A stretch of 63,195 nucleotides of DNA, counting the filler, from Salisapilia sapeloensis CBS 127946 (lineage: Eukaryota > Protista > Oomycota), in the NCBI GenBank assembly GCA_023334545.1. It is 10 parts of 10 records of this genome, joined end to end, with 100 filler letters (N's around TTAATTAATTAA, not from the genome) between each part and the next. Parts side by side here need not be neighbours in the genome. Positions count along the whole stretch, not along the records: positions 36,655 to 48,968 come from JAADVB010000413.1; positions 49,069 to 51,959 come from JAADVB010000827.1; positions 52,060 to 56,753 come from JAADVB010000657.1; 7 more parts are not named here. One strand, 5' to 3'. Under the pieces are notes generated by a model. The model made no database searches. It was not told the DNA's origin and saw only the letters and a program-made list of their open reading frames with translations. Both the position numbers and the translations under genes were made by a program. Below are positions 43,801 to 56,300 of the stretch, in pieces. The first letter of the stretch is position 1, and every line of letters starts with the position of its first letter.

Positions 43801-46751
43801 GCAAAGAGATTTGGAAACTTAGAGGATGCATTTAATGGCAGACGGAAACTAATTTCCGTCCCCACGTTCGATAGAAGAGAAGCTTCAAGTATCGACTGCA
43901 TGATAAACTGGATCACTCTCTCATCATTGCAGGACGTATCCTTCTCCAGCGTCATATTGTACCCGACGCCAAAGCGGTTCTTGAGAAACAGTGAAGATCC
44001 ACAGCATTGGAGCTTTCCCTCTGACATGATAGCAATACGATCTCCTAGAATGTCCGCCTCATCCATAAAGTGCGTGTTTAGCACCATGATCGTATCATGC
44101 CAATGGTTCAGCAAGATCTCCCAAGTACTCCGGCGACTACAAGGGTCCATGCCAGACGTTGGTTCATCCAGAAAGACAAGTTGACTGTCACCTAAAAGTG
44201 AGGTGGCAACCGACAGTTTGCGCTTCATACCTCCAGATAATTCGCAGACCTTGACATCCATCTTTTCCGTCAGCCCGACCTCATGAACATGCTTCTCGAT
44301 TACATCAGCCAGCTCCTGTTTCCGATAACCTCTTATCTTCCCAAACAAGGTCAGATGTTCCTTCACAGTCAATTTTGGTAAGATCACGTCGTGTTGGAGG
44401 CATAGACCGAGTGACTCTCGAATTTTATCCATGTTGGATGACATTTTCAGACCTTGGAACACTGCGTCAACACCAAAAGCAGGTGTCATACCTGTCAACA
44501 TGGAGATTAATGTTGTCTTTCCTGCTCCATTAGGTCCCAGCAAGCAAGTAATTTGGTTCTTATACATGGTCATGTTCATGCTATCAACGGCGACCACGAC
44601 ACCACCACGTACAGAGAATACCTTCCTAAGCTTTTCAATTGCAAGCACATCTCCAGCTCTCTCTTGCTCTTTCAAGTCTTCACTCACATGCTCAAAGTAA
44701 CTGTTACTGTCCTTTGATCCGTTCTGAGTCGAATTGGAGGTTTGAATCGTTATTTGAGCTCTCTGACCAGACCTATTTCGACCACACCAGAAGGATGGGG
44801 AGAATGGGAAGTACGACTTGAAAGGAACACCATAATCCTTTGGTATCACACGCTCGAGATACAAGCCAATGATGAGATATAGTACGATGTCCACGGCAAG
44901 CATGTAGAGCGAGCTGCCGAAGTGGAAATTCTTGCTCAGAGCGTCCACGTTACCGAACTTGATGCCTTGACCAGTACTCTCCAAATCCGAGATGGTCCAT
45001 GCGCCAAAGATCACTGAAATTGGTGATAATAGGCACAATGCAATGCGTATGCTTTCGCTCGTATTGGTATGGATGATGGGTGTAGGGAAGTACATGAGGA
45101 AATAGATGACCATGCCAACTTATGATCCTGTAGTCGACTTGATGAAGATGGTGCTGATCATATAGCTAAACGATAGGGCGCGCATACCGAAGAGGAAAAA
45201 GAAGACGAGAACTAAGAACGGATTGCTTTTCAAGAAGAGTCCCACGAGTCCGGCTAGTGGAACGAGGACAGATGTGAGGAAGATGATAATCGTGTATGAT
45301 ATAAACCATGACGCGACAATATCACGCTCCCGAACACCTAATATATTCATGAACTCTCGCATTCGAGTCTGCTTTTCCATGACAAACACCACAAGGATCC
45401 GAGACGTCATATATAGATAAGCGAGGAGGTAGACGATGCCAATGACATCACGAATATTGCTGTGAAAATCCGACTTGGAATAAGTGTCCACAGGAAATGA
45501 GATGACAGATCCACCAGGGAAAGGTTGAGGAGCTTGACGTAATGGTCGGACAAGTTGCTCCTTGGTGGTGTCAGAAAATGAAGAAAAGATCGACGAGCCG
45601 TTCGATATATCAAATTCATTTGTAGCATCCATTGCGCTGACGACAGAGGTAAAGAGCAGGCCATGCTCAAGAGTGGACAAGAGGATTTCATCCAATTCTT
45701 CTGACGATTCTGCTATCGTTTCATTCCGCTGACAACCACCAGACACTGATTTACTTTCCACACCCCATCCCGACATGCAGTTCACGAACCTCGTGATAAG
45801 CGTTTGAAGAGTCATGAAGCCAGATATAGTATATTTGGAGTAGTAGTCTGTCTCGAGATAAGCTTGAAAGTCATTCACATCTCTCCGATCGCCACTTGTG
45901 CGAGGGATATATCCTGGGCTTTGGTCATTATCTGGTGTCGAGTTGAGTCTTAGAGTGTATTCAAACTCAGTATAGGTGCCAATGTCTTGATCGGATGCGA
46001 AAGTATCAAAAACGATACCACCATATATGTGTGGATGGTCGATCCCATCACCATACTCATCACTGGAAGTATAATGCTCCATATCTTTAGCAGAGACAAC
46101 TTTTTTAACACTGTCGACGAATGAAAGCAGTGCAAAGCTCTTGGAAGACGTATTCTGGAGTACGATACGTGGATACCAATCTTCGATCGTCTGGAAAAAA
46201 TAGTCTCCCGTGAAAGTATTGTCTGGTGCAATTCCGATCTTGTAAGGTGCCGCTTTTCCATCACACTCTTCTGGGAGTTGTATGGAGAAGATTTGTTAGT
46301 AGAGACGAATCCGTTCATCACGACGCCTTGCTGACAAGTCTTGTAGTCTTCATCCGATAAGTCTCCCAGACGAATTGCATCTTTAATCGACTGGTAATTT
46401 AGGAAAAACAATAGACCAGGAATAGTCGTTCCACTAAGATAAAACTGGCGCTTGGGAAGTTGGTAACCAATTGATCGTCTGCGTGTCTTCCGTTGTGAAA
46501 AGGTTGTACGAAGTGCCCTGTGCACCATCCGACGAGGCCAAAGTAGAAGTACTCCATCCAGATGGAATACTGATATTATTCGTCACGCGGCGGATGATAC
46601 CCATGATGAGGATAAAACACACGGGAATGAGTACTTCTGCCGTCATAGTAAACGGATGGCGTTTCTTCAACATCCAGTTTTTGCTCAAGAGCGTTTTGAT
46701 GTAGGCATAGTTCGTCCGATTCGACGCAAGATGCGATTGCTTATTAGGCAT
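40825..46751 (-). pseudogene. Full-length ABCA transporter pseudogene
   Basis: Two TMD-NBD halves (GPNGAGKTT, LSGGMKRKLS, DEPTSG; GINGVSKTT, LSGGNKRKLS, DEPST) and C-terminal SQTTLEQIF. In-frame stops at 45120, 42159, 42129, 41523; frameshifts near 46460, 46270, 41330. Confidence 0.88.
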
Positions 46752-46797
46752 GTTCAAGGTAAAGCTCGATGGCAGGAAGTAGAGTTGTGAGAAGAAG

Positions 46798-46813
46798 GCA
46801 AATTGGTAAGTGG
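46798..46813 (-). promoter_or_regulatory. Oomycete INR+FPR core promoter
   Basis: Minus strand CCACTTACCAATTTGC, 46 bp upstream of the ABCA ATG. Confidence 0.65.
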
Positions 46814-48968
46814 CATCCTTTATGATACTCCATGCGCATCTCCGCACGTACATTATATAGGAATCATTAATCTGTGAATTTTATTTACATACTTTTCCAA
46901 GAATTTCGAAGCTATGCATAGCGACACATTTGAGGAGTAGTCGATTAAATCGATCGAACAGATGCATGAACGTGCAATGTACCTCTACAGAAACAGGGGA
47001 ATGAATATTTGAAACAGGATACATCACAGGTACCGCAAATATCTAGCGCCTAGATCGATAGTCGCCATCGACGAGCAGATCTACAATCATATAAATCCAG
47101 ATTACCAGCCGGTTTAAAAACCAGTACTGTACTCTTATGGGGACTGTTCTAGCATGCCTATGGCAAACTGATCCACGGGCTCACTTCTACATGGAGACGG
47201 AAGATCGGAGACGAATCTTAGCAATGGGCCATTACTGGTTACATCTTTCTACATGCAGAAACATAAACTTTTCTTGGGTCATAACACTTAATGAAGAAAG
47301 ATCGACGTGTTTTGCAGTTTAACGCCTATTGTTCAACGATGCCCAAGCGAGATACAAGTGTTAATAAATATCGAAATTGGGTTGAGCTCACCACTTTGAA
47401 TGTCTTAAGAATGAAACGGTGTCCGTGCCCTCAAAACGTATCCTATTCTGATGTTACCTAATAGAGGAAAACATTTAACCAGGGAAATTTGGAGAAACGG
47501 TCGAAATAATATCAAGTTGCAACTCAAGCAATATTCTTCACCTTACACACAGATAAGATGGAGAAAGCATATCCCGTTGAGTGACTTGTGTCCAATCCGT
47601 TATTAGAATAGAAAAAGACTAGTCTATATTTCTATGTTAGCTAGATTTACCGCGAGCTTACTACTTCCAGCTTTTCGAAGCATGTATATATCGTCGCTAT
47701 ATACTTATGCTGATAAGAGAAGCAGAAAAGCATGAGCCAAGTTGTTACCATAAAATAAGCGATATAGAAGCCGTGTGGAACCTCAGAGTGTTAAAAACAA
47801 CAGAAATTCCTGTAGATGGCATTCGTTGCCATCATTAATGTCTTTCGCTTTGTAGAAAGTGTTGGAGTAACCAATCTGAGCTTCGGAAGGGAAATCGGAG
47901 AGCAATCCATTTATCCTTTAATATCCAAATATAGAATATATCCAGTCCATGGGATGACTGCTTCAACAGTATTACCCAGTGTTCAGGTCGTTGAGTCGTC
48001 CTGGCTTCTCTGATGCACCAGATCTGGGTCTCGTGTCATCTTGGGATACCACGAGGGGCTCCAAGGAATCGTATACTCCAATAGAAAGCACTAACTACAA
48101 TGAAAAGCTCTGCTAAGAATGCAGAGTGTATACAAGGTGGAAAATGCTTGAAGTCTAGCTTGAGGCATACAAATTCTTCACGCATGGTTCGCACTGAACT
48201 GGTTAGGAAAAAGTTGTCAATTATCAGAAAATATAGTGGGAAATCAATTCGCTGGATTGCGTATTCTGAAAGCTGCAACTTTATCCGTCCACCCTTCGTG
48301 CTTCTTTTGCTCACCATCGTACTCGACCTTAGAGTCTGTAATAATGCTAGGTTATGTAGATAATCTATCAAGCGCAACTACAATAGCTATCACTGAAGAC
48401 ATATTCGAGCACCTTATACATAGAAGTGTTGCCACTAAAGCCGATTCATGCGCTTACAGTAGGGTTTGAGTCCTGCATAATATCGCAACCTATATTTGGA
48501 CTGATAAAATGCTATAATCTTCAGTCCTGCTCAGTTTTACGCCTAGAAGGGATGCGATTGACAATGTAAAGGTTAACAAGGGTCTTGTTTGTGTGTTAGC
48601 ATGCAATCTTTCTGTTGCCATTCATTCTTGAGGCGCTTCCTGCTTAGTAAAATCGAACTCTGTCAAATGTTGGAGACTTGAATCCGTTTTTGTGACCTGC
48701 ATTATACAAAGGATTCCCGAAGAAATCGCTACAAAACAGTAAAAGTATTAGTCAATTCCGCATTGGAAGAATCATGCTACATAAAGATTTTATCCAAATC
48801 ATCAAACGTAAGTGCATACACGTATAACATGTTTGGAACGTTCGCTTCGACCTTGTCCAACTTATTGTTTCGCATATATCTATGTACAATCAAAATTACA
48901 TCAAAAGCGATATCTATGCTCGTAGTCGAGAGATACGCACGCTCCCATCAAGTATGGCCAATCACCAA

Positions 48969-49068
48969 NNNNNNNNNNNNNNNNNNNNNNNNNNNNNNNN
49001 NNNNNNNNNNNNTTAATTAATTAANNNNNNNNNNNNNNNNNNNNNNNNNNNNNNNNNNNNNNNNNNNN
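48969..49068. other. Artificial contig spacer
   Basis: 44 N + TTAATTAATTAA + 44 N. Confidence 0.98.
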
Positions 49069-49209
49069 ATCCATCTATCATTATGCGGCTTTGTGTACGA
49101 ATGGTCAAGGGCAGATCGCTCCATTTCGAGCCATCGATCTATATTACAGCAGAAAGAAACAGATTGATACAGATCGACGAGCAAAACACGCGCACGACGC
49201 CGAATTGTA
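49069..49209. repeat. 141-bp perfect inverted repeat (left arm), partner 51819-51959; possible transposon terminus
   Basis: Exact reverse complement of 51819-51959. Identity stops abruptly at a TA dinucleotide on both inner sides. Confidence 0.92.
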
Positions 49210-49276
49210 CACACTGCTTCTAGAGATTAGAAAGATTTGTCTGCTTATGGTTTTATGCTTATCTTATTACCGGTTA

Positions 49277-51712
49277 GGTGGGTTCGGGCGGGCGAGGAAA
49301 GCTCATCTTTGGACCGTATAAATATTCCCGCGAACCGAGTTGACAATGATCGTGTTCAAAGTTACCGGAATGTATTACTTGCCGTGGACTGTTACAACAG
49401 AACTATCCTCCATTACGTAGTTACCAATTTCATTTTGTAACTCTTTCCCAGTGTTCTAAAGTCGCATCTCTTTCAAGTAGGTGGCAACCCAAAAGCAAAT
49501 TCATCCTTTTCAAAAAGTTGATGCAACAAAGCAGCTATGCTGGCAAGAATCTCAGTTAATCTTTCGACGAGGTGCATTGCTCATGTACGTAATACTCTTC
49601 GGTTTTGTTAACTAGTGATGTAGATGACTTCGGATACCTGCCTCTGTACTACGCCGTGCTTCACCAATCGATACCACAAATTAAGTGGCTTTTTCAATTC
49701 GGTATTGGATTAGTGTTGACAATGGATGATGTAGGATCACTGGCATCGATAGCTAACAGCACTAGAATCGAGAGTATTCTTTACAAAGCACTCAGATCTA
49801 GAGACGAGTACCTTTATCAGCAAGACGCCATATCTGCGCAATGCCACGATAATGGGATCGATAGCACAAACTTTGGTCTGAGTGCTTATATTGCTGTAGC
49901 AACTACCATGCGATCCAATATGAACCTTAACATAAGCGAAGGCGCAATTCTCCACGATGCTGCAAAGTATGCGAATATAAAAGCGGTTGACAGATTAGTT
50001 TCTGAAAAGAATATTGACGTTAATGCGAGAGATGGTAAAGGTTGGACAGCCCTTCATGTGCGTATCTACAGAATATGAATTGCAGATCGACGAATATCAT
50101 TGTGCGGAAACTAAATTTAGAATATAGTACTGCGCGCATGGGGGAAGTGAAAGTCACGAAAGGATTGTCAAAAGATTACTAAACTGCGTATCTGTTGAAA
50201 TAAACGCTCGATCGATAAAGGGAAGGACTCCACTGCATGTGGCGATGACCACCAGTGAAATTAGTCATAGTGGCTTCAATAGCAAGCAGAAGCCTGAACG
50301 ACACCCGGCAGTGTATACGAAGACAGAAAGCTATTCAGACTCGAGTTTCTCACTGATAAGGACGTTGGCCAAGAATGGAGCTGATCTTAACGCCAAAGAC
50401 AATGAAGGAGACACGGCGCTTCAGCTTGCCGCAAGGCACAACGATGTTTCGAAAGTGAAGGAGTTACTACAGCTTGAGGCTAATCCATATATTGCAAACA
50501 TCAAAGGAAGAAATATTCTTCACACTGCAGGTACTGCATCTTTGGATAGGAAATGAACGACTTATAGTAATGTTTTGCTTTAGCGAGTTACGGCCATGAA
50601 ACAGTTACCACATTCATCAGCTGTTGGGACGCAGATCACCGATGCGTGCTCACATCTTCCGCTGATCTTCGTGGTCATTATCCTAGTGATTTGGCTAGGA
50701 ATGACTTATCCCGAAATGCTACACGAGTAATTACATTTCGAAGCTGCTGCATTAATAGATCTGAATAACTTCATCGCGTAGAATCTGTGGGAAGCGTGTT
50801 ACAAGGGAAACTTTGGCGGTATGAAAGATGCCTTACGGAGCTATAGTCACAAGCTTCCTGATGAAATTGACGCGTTTTATCTTGCTCCAAATGACAGCGC
50901 CTACTTTACCAAGCGGACGTCGCTTCACATCGCAGTACTCACTTATCCAATTGTAATGCAAGTATCTATGCATTTGAGATTGCCATTGTGGCTATGTAGA
51001 TACGAGGATACTGTGACTACCTGGCAAATGCAAAAAGAACCGATAATCGAGCGGAAACAACATCCAAGATGTGCGACTATAGACAAGTTATACGATATTT
51101 GATTAGTGCTGGTGCCAATATTTCGATAAGTTTCACATGATGGTCTTTCGACTACGCTTTTAAACTAATCTTAATTTTGATGTGCACAGTCTAGATAGGT
51201 GGGAGATTACACCCTTCATGATCGCAGCAACGAATGAGGATGTGCGTATAGAGTTATACAGTTGAATGTGAAGCGCACATCTAACATAATGGTCGACCTT
51301 ACTGACGATGTTATTAGACCAAGACTATCCTAATATTACTAGAAGATGCTAGTCGGTCTGACATCACAATTGGTGATATTCGTGGAAACACAGCACTTCA
51401 TTACGCATATGCGTATAAACATGTAAGTTTTCTTACATATGTAGAAGTATGCGTGATTGTATAAACTTGAATTTAGGCAGAGATATCTTGTATACTAGAA
51501 GACTATGTCGACGAAGAGGTATGCTGTATAAGATACGTGCAAAAAGAAAGCTTTATAGATACGCTTACATCGTATTTTGTTAGGAGCTTACCAACAATGA
51601 CGGCAATACCCCACTTGAAGTAACCGGTCGAGAAGCAAAGATCTACCCGAAAGATTGTCAAACCGCACTACTACAAAAACGTAGCTGGAATAAGCGAGTT
51701 CATTTCAAATAA
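49277..51712 (+). CDS. Multi-exon ankyrin-repeat protein, 5' end missing
   Basis: Spliced exons give RTILHY, YLPLYYA, ILHDAA, DGKGWTALH, KGRTPLHVA, EGDTALQLAA, NILHTAA, RTSLHIA, RGNTALHYA, DGNTPL; stop TAA at 51710-51712. One donor site is non-canonical. Confidence 0.8.
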
Positions 51713-51818
51713 ACTTGAACTGAAGCAAATCGAGCCTTTCATCGCATGCATGTTCAAACCTGCAGCCTCTCTTAAACGTTTGAGTAGATCTCACAATAGT
51801 TACATGAAAACTTGCATC

Positions 51819-51959
51819 TACAATTCGGCGTCGTGCGCGTGTTTTGCTCGTCGATCTGTATCAATCTGTTTCTTTCTGCTGTAATATAGATCGATGGCTC
51901 GAAATGGAGCGATCTGCCCTTGACCATTCGTACACAAAGCCGCATAATGATAGATGGAT
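51819..51959. repeat. 141-bp perfect inverted repeat (right arm), partner 49069-49209
   Basis: Starts TA CAATTCGGCGTCGTGC and runs to the contig end. Confidence 0.92.
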
Positions 51960-52059
51960 NNNNNNNNNNNNNNNNNNNNNNNNNNNNNNNNNNNNNNNNN
52001 NNNTTAATTAATTAANNNNNNNNNNNNNNNNNNNNNNNNNNNNNNNNNNNNNNNNNNNN
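51960..52059. other. Artificial contig spacer
   Basis: 44 N + TTAATTAATTAA + 44 N. Confidence 0.98.
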
Positions 52060-52060
52060 T

Positions 52061-52249
52061 CGGGAAGAGTACGGTCGGTCGGTGGCACCCACGGCTCCTT
52101 TTGACAAGTTCCTCATCGACCATCGCGGCGACCTGCAAGCAGTGTTTCCAAGCAACACGAGTGCTTCAGAGGTCGAGGTGATTGCCGAGGTGGAGCGACT
52201 ACTGTCGGATCTACCTCATCCTGAACCGAGTGATACCGACGTAGAATAA
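52061..52249 (+). CDS. 3' end of an unknown gene (copy 1 of an inverted pair)
   Basis: Open frame REEYGRSVAPTAPFDKFLIDHRGDLQAVFPSNTSASEVEVIAEVERLLSDLPHPEPSDTDVE*. Positions 52060-52200 (141 bp) are identical to the reverse complement of the other contig end; the first mismatch is synonymous (cta/ctg). Confidence 0.6.
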   Translation, partial: REEYGRSVAPTAPFDKFLIDHRGDLQAVFPSNTSASEVEVIAEVERLLSDLPHPEPSDTDVE

Positions 52250-53366
52250 ACCATCGTGTTTCTTTCAAGACAAAATTCATTTTCTATATTATGTATTATG
52301 CTCCTAGATTGGACATGATCGAGTTGATCTGGCTGTGCGTCATTAAGATGAAGCTATTGTTAATTCTTGGTGACGTGCTATGTGTTCATGACGTGTCGAT
52401 TGAACTTTGTCCAATAGTAGCCTAGGATCAAGTACGAATGGCGAATGTTAAGAGGTTTTCGAAAGATACCGATAGCATTTAGTGAATGGGAGCCGAAAGA
52501 GTCTATAGGATAGCCTTCGACTTGCCACATACCTGAGTAATAACTCCAAAGCTCACTTGAAATATCGATAAAGATGAAGGGTAAAAGCAATGAAATAAAT
52601 AGAGGAACAGTAGGCAACGGCTCCAGTTGGAAATCATTCTACTGCATGCATGTGAATCACGGCTACCAACAGAATAGGAGTTAAGTCATTTGACAAAAAA
52701 ACGGAACGAATAGCGCCGGTGATGAAGTATAGCACAGACACGAAGGCTACTGGAAACTATCTATTAAATCACTCATTTTTGTACGCCATAAAAATTCAAA
52801 GGTGCATGGATATGTCGAAGGTTAAGCCGTACGTGTAGTGATTCTGAGTATCGTAGTAAAGTATACGTGGTGAAGATATAAAAGTGTCAGAAACAACATC
52901 AAGTAGGTTGAATTCTTCACGCTACGGTCACACGTCATTAGCATCGCAATCACACAAAGAAACTTGATTTAATATACCTATCAAGCTATGCATTTAATAT
53001 TAAGCACCTCTAGTCACTTCGAATTGTTTCTTTACTCTTTGCATTATCTATGACCATTCTTTTGTCAGTGGCATGTCCTATGTGAAGAACAGAGGTACTG
53101 CTTCCTGACTGCATAAGCCATTTTACATGCTACCATTCTATGCACTCCATACGGACATCTTTGTGACTCACCTGGATCATCTCGCGAAGTTGCTGAGCTG
53201 GCACGTTTTGCTCCGCATCCTTCCCACTGAGACTTTGTATGCTTCTAGCCATTTGTCTCGTCTTGTAACACGTTTTATGCTTGGCAAATGCCAATTGCCT
53301 ACTGCTACATGCTCAACTTTCCATGACAGGTCTACCAGACCTCAATTTAGTCAGTCACACGCATAC

Positions 53367-56300
53367 ATGGGATTACTAGTGCTGCTTTATACGCTGGCGG
53401 TGGTGTACTTTGGCCATGTCGTGGAGGCTAAAGACCAAAAGATGTGTACTCGTGCGAATGAGCTCACGACAGACTGTGGAGGTCAATGCCACGCGCTCTG
53501 TATCAAATACCGACACCCGAAAGACTGTGGCGATGAATGCAAGGCAGACGATGACGGATGCAAGTATGAATGCATCGACTCCAATGCAACCGAAGCGTGG
53601 AACATCTCTTTGGATGGCGTACCTGCATGGAATAATTCCCTCCGGACAAGCACACAGATTGTTGCGATCCGAGCACTCAAAGTACCGAAAGACGTCTCTA
53701 GCCTAGCTATCACGACATCTTGCGAAGATTGCTCGACGGAGAAAGGATACGTCCATAATGCTATCTTTCCAGATCATAAAATCGTTAGAGATGGAGGCAG
53801 CGTCTCATCTCTCAAGTTCACCAACTTGAACTGCTCTCACATTCCCTCCAGTGCCTTTGACATGGATCTAGACACATTAACACTACAGAACTGTGCCTTG
53901 TTAAAGGTACCTAGCTACGTGTTGAACCAAATAGAGCTATCGACTCTTGATCTGAGCCGTAACTTTATGAAAACACTACCAGATGACATTACGACGTTAC
54001 CACTGGAAATGCTGAAGCTGGACGACAATCGATTTTCCAAGTTTCCGACGCTATTGAGTGGACTGTCCACATTGAAGCGACTCAGTATGCGGGACAACAA
54101 CATCACCAAAGTCGACTTAAAGCTGAAGAAATCGCCTCTAGAAGTGCTGTCGCTTGACCGTAACTCGTTGACAAAGCTTCCGGACTTTGGTAAAGCGTTT
54201 CCGAAATTGACGACGATTTATATGAACCAGAACCAGATATCGCATGTCACGGGAAACTACTCGACAAACTTGACCAAGCTCGTGTTACGTGGGAACGAAC
54301 TAACTTCTTTCAACGCATCTTTCCGGAATCTCTCGCATTTGGACGTGGGCAACAACAAGTTGAAAAAGTTGTTGACTCTTCCACCAACATTGCGTATCCT
54401 CAATGCAACAGGCAACGCTCTTACGTCGCTTCCAAAGGACAAGCTGATCTCTTTGACGACACTAAACCTTTCGAACAATTCTCTGCAGTCTTTTGACATG
54501 AAAGTCCCGAGCCTCAAGGTCTTGGACTTGCGTGCAAATGACTTGAAGGAACTACCTTCGAACATATTAAAACTAAAGCACTTGGAAGCATTGTACCTCC
54601 GTGGAAACTCAAAGCTAAAGGGTACGAAAATATCGTTGGAGCAGTATCGCTTCCTGTCGAATCTCAAAAAGCTGGATATCGATAAGAAGATGTTTAAGCC
54701 GGATGGAGACTGCAGCTTTGAAAGCGTAGAAGGCGACACGATCTGCGCGAAGAAGCAGTCAGATCCAAATAAGGAGAAAGCAGTCTTAATTGAGGACACT
54801 GGAAGTCAAGAAGAAGATGATGGGAGCACAACGTCATTCGTTGCCATCGCAGTCATAGGATGCGTCATTCTCTGCATTCTCGGATACGTTAGTGTTATCC
54901 GGAAGAGGAATAAGACCCCTCCTCTGTCTTCCCCTTCGTCTTCTCCTCCTCCACGTAAAAAGTCACCGGAAGAGCTGTCATCCATGTACCAATTCAGCTC
55001 CAAGATGGCGTCCAAGCTGCATTCGATCGAGAAAGATCAAACGTCTAGTTTCATCTTCAATTCGAACATGATGCAGCCGAATGTGTTTAATGATCCGTCG
55101 CTAAATGCCTACCGACTGAATCACGAAGCGATCAAGATGGAATACAGCTTGGCTTCCGGAGCGTACGGAGAAGTCTGGACAGCGTACTATCGTAATGAGC
55201 TCGTGGCAGTCAAGACGCTGTCTGCATCAACAACAGGGAATGACCATGCGTTGGATGGATTTGTCGATGAAGTGAAGCTCATGTCTCGACTGGACCATCC
55301 ACGTATCGTCCGCATGTACGGCGCGACGTGGACAGACAAGACTGACTTGCGTATCGTTATGGAGTACATGTCGAAAGGAGACTTGCATTCGTTACTACAG
55401 ACTCCTGCCTTACCAAAAGGTCAGTGGGATAAAGCCAAGTTTCAGATCGCCATGGACATCATGGAGGCACTTACGTACATCCATTCACTCGATCCGATTC
55501 TCATTCATCGCGACTTAAAAAGTAAAAATGTGCTTATCAACAGCCTCTTACGTGCCAAAGTCACAGACTTTGGAACCGCGTGCTTCCACCATGACTTTGA
55601 TGGTATGACCATGGGCGTCGGAACTGGACGCTGGATGGCACCAGAGATGTTGTTGGAGAAAGCAAACTATACGGAGAAGGTAGACGTGTACTCGTTCGGT
55701 ATCATCTTATCCGAATTGGATACGCACGCGATGCCGTTCAGTGGTATCATGGCAGATAGTCGTGATGCAGATGACGACGAGGAAGAAGAGATGCCAGAGT
55801 ACGGTATCTTGCAGATGATTGTAGGTGGAGAGCTCCAGCCGTCATTCTCGGCTTCATGTCCACCTGCCATCGTCCGAATCGCTCAGAAATGCTTTGCGTT
55901 CCATCCAGAAGACAGACCATCGGCACAGAAAGTAGCGTTTTGGCTACGACAAGCAGCAGCAGAAGAGCTGAATAAGAGTAAGGACGGACCAGAGGTGCCT
56001 CAACCGTCTGGAAAACCACAAGAGTCTGATAAACCTTATCACTCGAAGCAGATGAGAGCATCCCAGTCGTCTTCATCGTCTACACCATCGACTAAATCGG
56101 GTGGACCGAGTCCAAGACGTGCAGATACGCACGGGACTTCATCGTCGTTGGATTATGTCAAGAAGAAGAGAGGTAATGTACCGCGCCGGAATGCGAGGTC
56201 GTACTCGGACACTCGATCAGAGAAAATTTCAAAGCGTAGGCCTGCGACGAAAGAGAATGAGAAAAGGAAGGAGGTACCGTCGAATCATACCAAGTCGATG

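Noticed and set aside
31593-46751. A lipid-metabolism cluster of P450, epoxide hydrolase, lipase and ABCA
   Set aside because: A spacer at 36555-36654 splits it, and the ABCA is a pseudogene.
47000-48968. Short ORFs upstream of the ABCA pseudogene
   Set aside because: AT-rich, stop-riddled, no motifs; treated as intergenic or unrecognisable relics.
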